IMG/VR virus record: IMGVR_UViG_3300035396_000446
Span: 1-35,005 of that record
DNA length: 35,005 nt
Origin: a virus
Lineage: Duplodnaviria; Heunggongvirae; Uroviricota; Caudoviricetes
Strand: one strand, 5' to 3'
The stretch's first letter is position 1; the number at the start of each line of letters is the position of its first letter. A program made the translations under genes and the position numbers. Shown here piece after piece: positions 8,846 to 16,796 of the stretch. The notes beneath the pieces were generated by a model, which was not told the origin of the DNA, made no database searches, and saw only the letters and a program-made list of their open reading frames with translations.

Positions 8846-9043
8846 TTAATAGCAAATTCCTAGTATTTGGCACTCACATTCTCTAAAATCTTTCTTATTT
8901 GGTTGTACATCTAGCTGTTTTAACCAATATAGCCTATCTTCATTTGTTTTAATAGTGTTTTCTATAAACCTATTTTTAACAACATTTACTTTGTTTTGAT
9001 AATTTCCTATCATAATCTCAGGTATTGATATTTTAGTTTCCAT
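8846..9043 (-). CDS. Small hypothetical protein (65 aa), possibly a remnant of an EAL-domain N-terminus
   Basis: AGGAG SD lies inside the GGDEF gene end (11-nt overlap). TIKTNEDRLYWLKQLDV aligns loosely with the EAL start ALENNEFELYYQPQVDL. Confidence 0.55.
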   Translation of the reverse strand: METKISIPEIMIGNYQNKVNVVKNRFIENTIKTNEDRLYWLKQLDVQPNKKDFRECECQILGICY

Positions 9044-10517
9044 TTTTCTCTCCTATGTAACATCTGTAACTTGTTATCTCTTTATTCTTTATAGAGTTCA
9101 ACGCCATATCCGCATACTTTAAAAGAAACGAGAATCCATTCCCGTCTTTCTCAAATGTGGAGGTTCCAATAGACAAAGTAATATTTGTATATTCTTTGTA
9201 GGGTTTAATTATATCATTAAATTTAGACATTAACTCATTTATTATTGTATTAATCTCTTCCATTGTTTGTAATTTATAAAAACAAACTAAGAATTCATTA
9301 CCAGTTAGTCTTCCCACTGCGTCATTCTCAGCTATAAACTCTTTCAAGAACTCCCCTATTATCTTAACCACTTTATCTCCGTAATCATAACCAAACGATT
9401 CATTTACCTTTTTTAAGTTATTAACTCTAATTAGAACAATCGTAAAGGGGTCAGAATATTTTATTTTATTTTTAATAAAACTTTCTATATATGTTCTGGT
9501 ATATGTGCTACTAACAGGGTCAACCTCTGCATTTTTTAAGGATTCTCTTATTGCAACATCCTCTGTTATATCTTTCCCCATCATTAATATATTAATTACG
9601 TTGCCAGCTTTATTTAATATTGGAACATAAGTCCTCTCATACAATGAGATTTCTCCATTAGAAAATCTTATTTTTTCTTTTATAATGGTCATTTCTTTAT
9701 TTTCTATTACCATGTCAATTGTTTCTAATCTAGTTACCCCAATTTTATAATTTAGACCCAAATAGTTACAATAATCCATGTCCGTTTTATCAATCATATA
9801 ATTTACTAACTCTTGGTTAGGAAAACAATGTAAATTAGCTTTTATGTACTTACCTTTAATATCTAATATGGCCAATTGATAAGGTATATTTTTAAACATA
9901 TTTGACATAAGAAATTCATTTCTTTCTAACCTTTCAGTATAAGCAATAAGTGAAATAGATCTTTTTTCATCCGCGGCCATTAATCTATACATCTCATCGG
10001 AGATATTTATACGAATTTTTAATAGTATGCCACTTAAAAACAAAAAAATTGCTAAAATTATAGAGAAGGGTATAGTCTCTTTTATAGTACCGTATTTTAT
10101 AAAAAAACCAATTGAAACTGAAAGAGTGCTATAAATACTGTATATTACATGCATTCTCATTGAGGATATAGAGTAAGTGCAGTATAGAATAGATATACTT
10201 ATTAAAAATAAAACTGCATTTGATGGGTAATCAGCTTCTACTACCACAGAGAATCCAAGCCATGTAGCTATTACAAACATAAGAAAGACATTAAGTCTAC
10301 TTGCTATGTTTATACCAATAGCATTAAACCTATCAATGCAAAAATAAACTATTAGAAAAAAACTTATTACTACAATTTTTACCGGAACCAAGTCTATTTG
10401 CAGTCCCATTATCATCATTACTATGTGTGGTATAACTGTTAATAATAAGAAAATAAGGATAGAAGCTTTATGATATGTCTTGTAAAAGCTAGAGTGGAAT
10501 GTCTCTTCTAATTTCAT
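9033..10517 (-). CDS. Membrane sensor: about 6 TM + PAS/PAC + degenerate GGDEF domain
   Basis: Six hydrophobic segments; PAS (NIPYQLAILDIKGKYIKAN...VPILNKAGNV..ILMMGKDIT); GGDEF fold (D.VSSTYTR, NNLKKVNESFGYDYGDKVV, GRLTGNEF, TLSIG, LLKYADMAL). Confidence 0.92.
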   Translation of the reverse strand: MKLEETFHSSFYKTYHKASILIFLLLTVIPHIVMMIMGLQIDLVPVKIVVISFFLIVYFCIDRFNAIGINIASRLNVFLMFVIATWLGFSVVVEADYPSNAVLFLISISILYCTYSISSMRMHVIYSIYSTLSVSIGFFIKYGTIKETIPFSIILAIFLFLSGILLKIRINISDEMYRLMAADEKRSISLIAYTERLERNEFLMSNMFKNIPYQLAILDIKGKYIKANLHCFPNQELVNYMIDKTDMDYCNYLGLNYKIGVTRLETIDMVIENKEMTIIKEKIRFSNGEISLYERTYVPILNKAGNVINILMMGKDITEDVAIRESLKNAEVDPVSSTYTRTYIESFIKNKIKYSDPFTIVLIRVNNLKKVNESFGYDYGDKVVKIIGEFLKEFIAENDAVGRLTGNEFLVCFYKLQTMEEINTIINELMSKFNDIIKPYKEYTNITLSIGTSTFEKDGNGFSFLLKYADMALNSIKNKEITSYRCYIGEKNGN

Positions 10518-10610
10518 GAGGTATAAAGTATCTCTATGATTTTACAAATTACTTTATCTGCGAGAAAAAATAATGGGAAAAGAACTACTATAATCTTTAT
10601 GGATTTTAAC

Positions 10611-10639
10611 TTGTCCCAAAATATACTTACCACTATACT
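10611..10639 (+). promoter_or_regulatory. Possible sigma70 promoter TTGTCC-17-TATACT, antisense to the REC gene
   Basis: -35 matches 4/6 and -10 matches 5/6, with an exact 17-bp spacer and the same -10 hexamer as the 2409 promoter. The AT-rich context lowers specificity. Confidence 0.4.
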
Positions 10640-10680
10640 TACTAAGATATATATTAAAAAGAAAAGAAATAAAGTTTCCA

Positions 10681-11124
10681 TCAAGAGACCTTCTTATTTT
10701 TAGTAATCTTTTTTATTGAATTTTCTATATAATTTCTAATCACAGAGGGGTCATCTCCTTTTGAGATATACCTTATTTTTTTACTATTAGCATATTCCCC
10801 TATGGATAGATTATCATCTACCATTCCAGTATATATAGTTATTGATTTATTAATTCCAGAATAAATGAATTTCTCGGCATTACAAGTAAGTAAATCTATT
10901 ACGTTACTACCTTTTTTTCCATCAGGTAAGTTCCAATCTATAATAGCAATATCATATTCTTCTTTTTTACCTTTTATAAAAGATTGAAAACTATCAAACT
11001 TATCTAAATCATATTTAATCTCAGGAAACTCAGTCATGATAGCACTTATGAGAGAGGATAATACATTTAAAATACTTACTGAGTCATCTACTAACAAGAA
11101 TTTTATTTTCATTTTTGTTCTCAC
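10681..11124 (-). CDS. Stand-alone response-regulator receiver (CheY-like REC) protein
   Basis: LLVDD (D13/D14), phospho-acceptor D63 in IIDWNLPDG, T99 (IYTG) and K122 (YISKG) are all present. Start is GTG 11124 or ATG 11112. Confidence 0.92.
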   Translation of the reverse strand: MRTKMKIKFLLVDDSVSILNVLSSLISAIMTEFPEIKYDLDKFDSFQSFIKGKKEEYDIAIIDWNLPDGKKGSNVIDLLTCNAEKFIYSGINKSITIYTGMVDDNLSIGEYANSKKIRYISKGDDPSVIRNYIENSIKKITKNKKVS

Positions 11125-11774
11125 TACTGTGTTTGATACCAGTAATCAGTCAATTTTATAAGAATTAATTCTAATTTTATTCTTTTTTGGTCAGAATCAA
11201 AATCAGAGTATATAATTTTTATAATATCGTCTAAGAACCCAAACTCTTTATTGTAAAAACATGCTATCTTTTCTTCGGTTGGGAGTATCTTTCCTTTTGT
11301 GTTGGGTAGTTGAAAGAAGTATCTATCAACATTTTTTATAACCGTTTCAAATATTCTTTTTATATCGTGCTCTGCTCCGATAGGATCATTATTAATATTT
11401 ACTACATCCAAAAACTTAAATGTTAGTTCTCTTTGAACATACATAAATGTTAATTTTATTGCTACATCTACTTGATTATTTGTCAAATAACTATTTTGCT
11501 TTTCTTCAAGTATTTTTAACATTGTTAATAAATTTGAAGTGGAATCATCTATATTCTGAACATGATAACTAACAGTATTCTTTAAATCATCAATAGAACT
11601 TTGGTATTTTATAAAAGATGAATCTTTCCATATACCACTATTTTTTAAAATCTTTTCAAGAACTGGATAAGCTTCTCTGAGAACGATTACACCTACAATC
11701 AATGAAAAAGCACCCGTGGATAAAGCCGAGTTATCCTTTATAATCTCTATTAAAAACTTTAGTAATTGTTCCAT
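11124..11774 (-). CDS. Single-pass membrane protein with coiled coil (possible class III holin or antiholin-like)
   Basis: One N-terminal hydrophobic helix (aa ~17-35) followed by a soluble helical domain, 216 aa. Function inferred from topology only. Confidence 0.7.
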   Translation of the reverse strand: MEQLLKFLIEIIKDNSALSTGAFSLIVGVIVLREAYPVLEKILKNSGIWKDSSFIKYQSSIDDLKNTVSYHVQNIDDSTSNLLTMLKILEEKQNSYLTNNQVDVAIKLTFMYVQRELTFKFLDVVNINNDPIGAEHDIKRIFETVIKNVDRYFFQLPNTKGKILPTEEKIACFYNKEFGFLDDIIKIIYSDFDSDQKRIKLELILIKLTDYWYQTQ

Positions 11775-12160
11775 TATTTACCTTTCCTTGGTTTATCTGA
11801 TAATCCCTTGCTGTCTAAAAACGCATCAGCTCTTTGTTTTAATTTGATCACACCACTTACAGCATCTATTGCTGAATAAATTAAAATAGATCCTGATAGA
11901 TATAAAATCAAAGTGTAGGTAAATTGTTTATAATCTGAGTAATCTATATCTGTCATATATGTTCTGATGTTCAAGACTGTTGTTGCAGCTAAAACTATTA
12001 AAGATATGGAATGTTTCATAACCTCATTCTTAATAAACTTTGCCTTCAATAACTTAAATATAAGAGATGGAATGAAAGATATTATGGCAATGATAGAACA
12101 TGTTACCACTAAATCTTTTATACCTAACCCGTTTAAAATTGCTAAAAAATCATTTGCCAT
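11774..12160 (-). CDS. Three-TM membrane protein with basic C-tail (class I holin-like)
   Basis: Three hydrophobic segments, charged KPRKGK C-terminus, AAGGAG SD. Confidence 0.65.
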   Translation of the reverse strand: MANDFLAILNGLGIKDLVVTCSIIAIISFIPSLIFKLLKAKFIKNEVMKHSISLIVLAATTVLNIRTYMTDIDYSDYKQFTYTLILYLSGSILIYSAIDAVSGVIKLKQRADAFLDSKGLSDKPRKGK

Positions 12161-12172
12161 GATCTACTCCTT

Positions 12173-12397
12173 TTAATTATCTGATACCTTCAAAGACACG
12201 TAGCCGATTACACAAAATAGAAAAACAGAGACAAACACAAACAGTCCTTCATAGATTGTACAATACAAAAACATCTGAACCTCTGCCCAAAAATTCAAAT
12301 CCATAAGACTAGGTACAGAGCAGTCCAAGAGAACATTAGAGATTGTATATGCAAATGCAATGAATATAGATAATATAAAAGATACTAAAATACTCAT
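12173..12397 (-). CDS. Small two-TM membrane protein (74 aa)
   Basis: Two hydrophobic segments. ATGA-type overlap with the upstream hydrolase gene. Confidence 0.65.
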   Translation of the reverse strand: MSILVSFILSIFIAFAYTISNVLLDCSVPSLMDLNFWAEVQMFLYCTIYEGLFVFVSVFLFCVIGYVSLKVSDN

Positions 12398-13008
12398 CTA
12401 AAATTCTCCATAACGTTATTTATAACTTTTTTCCAATCAGAATGTGCCATAAAATTCATATGAGGTTCATCGTTAAAATCTTTATTATCACATTTCTTAA
12501 ACTCATATTGTTTATCTGCACCTACCATATAAGCACCCATAAAAGGGTCTAATCTAACTCTTTGATATGCATTGATTATCTTTAAATTGCTTAGTTTTTT
12601 CCATTCATCTGGAATCACTATCACTTTTTTATGACTATAAGGAATCAAGTTTTCTTCTAAAACAAACCCATAAGCATCGGCAAATACCAATGTAATAGAT
12701 TTTCTTGATTTTAAGAACTCAAAATTATTGTCAAATAAATGTTTGAATGTCTGATATACATTTACAGCACCCAATGACTTACCACATATTAGTAAATTAT
12801 CATAGTCTTTGTGTTCTTCATGCATTATGAACTTCTCTGGCATTTTATGACTATTAAAAACCTTAGAATGAACAGATTCATCTAACATGATAATATTAGG
12901 GTCATTTATCTTGTTAAGTTCTATACGGAATCGTCTCTTTGCAGATTCTACTTCAAAACCTGTCCACCAGGCTTTCCCTTCTATAAAGATTCCGTTTATT
13001 TTTTTCAC
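12394..13008 (-). CDS. Alpha/beta-hydrolase-fold protein (serine esterase/lipase-like)
   Basis: Nucleophile elbow LLICGKSLGA (GxSxG, S78), following strand TLVFAD, and a C-terminal His (DEPHMNF). Confidence 0.7.
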   Translation of the reverse strand: MKKINGIFIEGKAWWTGFEVESAKRRFRIELNKINDPNIIMLDESVHSKVFNSHKMPEKFIMHEEHKDYDNLLICGKSLGAVNVYQTFKHLFDNNFEFLKSRKSITLVFADAYGFVLEENLIPYSHKKVIVIPDEWKKLSNLKIINAYQRVRLDPFMGAYMVGADKQYEFKKCDNKDFNDEPHMNFMAHSDWKKVINNVMENFR

Positions 13009-13238
13009 ACGTGTTCCTGTATTTCTACATTTGGTAATCTATCAAAACTTAATACTTCAAACATTTCCTTCATTTTATAACTACAATGAATTGTTAATAC
13101 TTTATCTGTCCCATCGAGTGATTTTAATGATAATAATATCTTAGATATCTGACTACTACTTAGATATCCTTCTATTATTATGTCATGGTCTTTTGTTTTA
13201 TCTAGAAAATTAGGAAAACTATACATATTATATTTCAT
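13005..13238 (-). CDS. STAS-like anti-sigma-factor-antagonist protein (77 aa; start revised to ATG 13238)
   Basis: YLSSSQISKILLSL...G....L.I....KMKEMFEVLSFDRL parallels STAS (Y.DSSG.G.L...G...L......VF...G.DRL), and the phosphorylatable-Ser position is retained. The ATG lies 1 nt after the upstream stop. Confidence 0.6.
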   Translation of the reverse strand: MKYNMYSFPNFLDKTKDHDIIIEGYLSSSQISKILLSLKSLDGTDKVLTIHCSYKMKEMFEVLSFDRLPNVEIQEHV

Positions 13239-13239
13239 C

Positions 13240-13551
13240 TCATTCCCAAAGGTCGGTATCTGTTCCAAAAATAAGCGGAACTGCATCTAACCATTCTTCT
13301 TCTAATAATATCTTCCCATAAATTGCCATTTGGGATATTGGTTGACCGTCTACAATTGGATATTTTTCACCACATAATTGAACTGTTTTTACTGCGAGTG
13401 GGACTGCCCCATCTTTTCTTGCTTGTAAAGATGAATAACCATCTAAATCCACATAAAATATTTTATTTATAGTATCTAGTTCTATTCGTCTTAATCTCCA
13501 GTATGTTGCGTCTACTCCGAAAGGTGTTGAAATTGATTTTGTTAATGCCAT
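13240..13551 (-). CDS. Small fibre-associated protein (chaperone-like, commonly found after phage fibre genes)
   Basis: MAL.K.I.TPFGV.ATYWR......D.....GY.S..AR..G..PL pattern. Directly follows the 1077-aa fibre gene. Confidence 0.7.
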   Translation of the reverse strand: MALTKSISTPFGVDATYWRLRRIELDTINKIFYVDLDGYSSLQARKDGAVPLAVKTVQLCGEKYPIVDGQPISQMAIYGKILLEEEWLDAVPLIFGTDTDLWE

Positions 13552-13562
13552 TTTATTTTCTC

Positions 13563-16500
13563 CTATGTTAATGTTATTGTTACGTTTCCACCAGAATAAG
13601 AATATGAACTAAATGTTCTTCCTGTTCCATCTAATACTGGTGCCGACAGTGTCCCCGATTGACTACCTGTATATTGAAAAATTGTATATGTCCCTGCATC
13701 TAATGAAGCGGCTTGAAATGTTACAGCATTAGAATTAAATGTAAGATTTCCAGATACAGAAATTCTAGAAACAGTTGTGGTGCTTCCTATATTTACTTTA
13801 ATTAAAGAACCAGATGATAATGTTAAAGCACCTGTTCCAAAAGTTCCTGCATTTGATTCTCCAGTTCCACCGAATATAGTTGCTCCAGATGCTACTGTAA
13901 ATGCACTACTACTACAAGTCCCTGTACCACCCACCAAACCAACAGATATTTTAGTTGTTTGAGAGTATGTATTTGTTCCATTTAATAATAAAGTTCCAGC
14001 GCCTTCTTTTGCCACATACCCTGCACCAGATATTACTCCATTTACTGTCAATTGTCCTGAAGTTCCTATTTCAAATGCCATCGGATATGTGGCATTGGTT
14101 CTATTGGCAACCGAAATTGCACCATCAATCGTGTTAGTTATTCCATCTGGCACTTGAATATATGGTTTTGCTGTAGAAGGTGCCACACCGAATGCAATAG
14201 TTCTACTAAAAATTGTTGAGTTAGTATCGAATCTTATATATACATTAGTAGTATTATTACTTCCATCTCCAGTAAAAATAACTCCCGACCCTGTATTTGT
14301 GCCTACAACCGAAGCACCTGATGCTGGTACAGTATTACTTATAATAAATGTCCCAGTTACAAGAAGAATACCTTTAGTGAAATCATTAGATGTATTTGTG
14401 AACTTACAGGTACCAGATACCCCTTGCCCAGAAGTACCAACGCCCAATTGAGTATCATTCACTCCGTCATACGAAGAAGAAGTATCTGAAATTTTTCCCG
14501 AAATTGTAAGATTACTTGATGTGTAATAAATTTCTACCCTTCTGCCAACTTTTTCCCAGGATGTGGTTGTCACTCCAACATTAATATCACCATTTGTATT
14601 CAACCATCTTGCAATGTTTTTGTTTGAACCTACGTTTTCCGCAACTACTATCATTCCATAATGTGCAGTATTATTGCCAGTATACCATGATGGTCTTGTC
14701 CAAGCAGAACTGTTTACAACCCATACACCTCTTTGAGATAAAGTTGTTTGACTTGTCACTAATATTAAATCACCAGTTACTAAGGATACTCCATTTATTG
14801 TTTGTTCCCCAGATAATGTAACATTAACATTGGTTATTGTTTTGACGAATCTTACGCATGGTTGATTTAGAAATTTATCTGGTGTAGAACCATATAAAAT
14901 ATCACCAGTCCAATCAATGGTTGCACCATTGTATGCACCAAAAGCATCTCTATAATTTCCACTTATTCCATAACTTCTTGTAAAATCAACATTTTTTGCT
15001 ACTGTGGTTCCTGCTCCAATTTGAAGACATGAACCATTGAATCCACCAGATGCTGGACCACCTATGTATATTGTTCCAGATTGAGTTAAATCCCCAAATG
15101 AAGTTGCGTTAGAACCTCTTACAAACCCAGACTCAACTATAACATTCCCCGTCCATCCATCATTTGCAGACGTTACAATTGCAGCTCCAGAATATGGAAC
15201 AGTTCCTCTAGAAAGAAAATTGCCAGAACCTTTTAATGCACCATTATAATTAATGCTTCCAAAAAATCCAACAGAAACCAAATCATTTAATAATGTTAAT
15301 GATTGTGCAATATCATATGCATTATTTGTTCTACAATAATGTATAGTAGAAAATTTGTTTGTTTGTTCTTTTATGTTTATGTTAAAACTTCCAGCTAAAT
15401 TCATAGCAGCAAAATTTACAACATTCATATTTCCAATAGTTATATCATTTTCCAAAGTTATAGTTCTTTCTGATGTTAAACCATTTCCGAATTGAGCATA
15501 ACTTCCTGCCCAATTTACTGGAAGTTTATTTAGATTCTGGTCATCAGCATCATAATGATGTACTTCAACATTCATCAAATCAAAACTTGCATTAGTTCTA
15601 TTTATTTTAATTCCAAATCCAGTAATTGCTTCATCTATTATTCCAGATAATCCAGTTTGAGATGCAGTCCAATTATCATACCCACTTTGTCTATATCCAT
15701 AACTAACAGTATAATTATCAGTTCCAACTTTATGAATTTCAAAAGCATAAAATGTTTGTGTTTGTCCAGAGCCTTGAAAATCAACTTGATTTGTTAGACG
15801 AGTTCCAGTTGTTATCATATCTCTACTTGCAGAGTTTGATTGAAAAGAATTTGCGTACCTAATCGAAGCAGTTTTCCCTGTTAAAGTATTACTTACTGGT
15901 GATGTTATAGTAAAAGTATTTGTGGCAACATTAGATATCAGATAACTTGCATTTATAGGAAGACTTGTAGTATTACCACTTACGGTAACATATACATATT
16001 CATTATTAGAAAAACCATGATTATTAAATGTTATTGTAATTGTAGTTCCAGATTGAGTCCATGTTGCATTTACTTGACTTATCCAACCATGATTCATATA
16101 ACCAACACATTTATCAGCACTAACGAATCCAAAACAAATTGAGTTACCAACAGCGAATGCAGTAAGCGCAGCCCAATTAAATTCTACTCTTATTTTATCA
16201 CCATCATTGAGTGTGACTGAATTTGGAAATGTAGCTACCAAAGTATTTGCTGCGTTTACATCTAATACTTCCAAGATACCTGGGCCGCCATCCATTGATT
16301 TATAAGCAACTAGCCCACCACTATTTGAAAATGAGCTCCAACTCCAAGTCGCTGGTATATGACAACCATTATTTGTTACAGGAGATGAAATTGTTCTTGT
16401 AGAGATTGTATCTCCTGACATAGTAAAATCTAAAAGCTGGTCATTCATAACAGGTTTCCACTTCTCCCAACTTTTAGTAGAAATGGTATGTGTTCCTGTG

Positions 16501-16796
16501 CCACTTCCAGCAAATGTTATAGCAGTTCCTGCTTTTGTTGTAGAAATTCTTATAGTAGTTCCAGACACATATTGAATGAAATAAATTGTATTTGCTGTAA
16601 TTTCAGTGGGTAAAGTATCTGATGTAGTAAAATAAACTTTTTGATTTATTGCTATTAAAGATGGTTTTGTACTCCAAACAATATTAGAAGAACCACCACC
16701 AGTAAATGTTACAGTTCCAGATTGGTTATTCCAATATCCATTGCAATCTGAATCATGCATCCATATAGATTTATCAGACCCTACAAAACTACTCAT
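13563..16796 (-). CDS. Fibre/adhesin with autotransporter-passenger (PATR) beta-helix repeats and an inserted phage fibre domain
   Basis: PATR repeat (ISGAGYVAKEGAGTLLLNGTNTYSQTTKISVGLV); phage domain (TLSGEQTINGVSLVTGDLILVTSQTTLSQRGVWVVNSSAWTR); beta-sandwich modules (TITFNNHGFS...NTFTI). Confidence 0.8.
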   Translation of the reverse strand: MSSFVGSDKSIWMHDSDCNGYWNNQSGTVTFTGGGSSNIVWSTKPSLIAINQKVYFTTSDTLPTEITANTIYFIQYVSGTTIRISTTKAGTAITFAGSGTGTHTISTKSWEKWKPVMNDQLLDFTMSGDTISTRTISSPVTNNGCHIPATWSWSSFSNSGGLVAYKSMDGGPGILEVLDVNAANTLVATFPNSVTLNDGDKIRVEFNWAALTAFAVGNSICFGFVSADKCVGYMNHGWISQVNATWTQSGTTITITFNNHGFSNNEYVYVTVSGNTTSLPINASYLISNVATNTFTITSPVSNTLTGKTASIRYANSFQSNSASRDMITTGTRLTNQVDFQGSGQTQTFYAFEIHKVGTDNYTVSYGYRQSGYDNWTASQTGLSGIIDEAITGFGIKINRTNASFDLMNVEVHHYDADDQNLNKLPVNWAGSYAQFGNGLTSERTITLENDITIGNMNVVNFAAMNLAGSFNINIKEQTNKFSTIHYCRTNNAYDIAQSLTLLNDLVSVGFFGSINYNGALKGSGNFLSRGTVPYSGAAIVTSANDGWTGNVIVESGFVRGSNATSFGDLTQSGTIYIGGPASGGFNGSCLQIGAGTTVAKNVDFTRSYGISGNYRDAFGAYNGATIDWTGDILYGSTPDKFLNQPCVRFVKTITNVNVTLSGEQTINGVSLVTGDLILVTSQTTLSQRGVWVVNSSAWTRPSWYTGNNTAHYGMIVVAENVGSNKNIARWLNTNGDINVGVTTTSWEKVGRRVEIYYTSSNLTISGKISDTSSSYDGVNDTQLGVGTSGQGVSGTCKFTNTSNDFTKGILLVTGTFIISNTVPASGASVVGTNTGSGVIFTGDGSNNTTNVYIRFDTNSTIFSRTIAFGVAPSTAKPYIQVPDGITNTIDGAISVANRTNATYPMAFEIGTSGQLTVNGVISGAGYVAKEGAGTLLLNGTNTYSQTTKISVGLVGGTGTCSSSAFTVASGATIFGGTGESNAGTFGTGALTLSSGSLIKVNIGSTTTVSRISVSGNLTFNSNAVTFQAASLDAGTYTIFQYTGSQSGTLSAPVLDGTGRTFSSYSYSGGNVTITLT

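Noticed and set aside
9033-9050. Programmed frameshift fusing the GGDEF protein to the 65-aa ORF at GAGAAAAATG
   Set aside because: Only an A5 run with no evident stimulatory structure, and the downstream ORF has its own AGGAG SD and ATG.
10536-10703. 55-aa plus-strand ORF in the GGDEF-REC gap
   Set aside because: No SD, and it starts upstream of the putative plus-strand promoter. Such ORFs are expected in AT-rich DNA.
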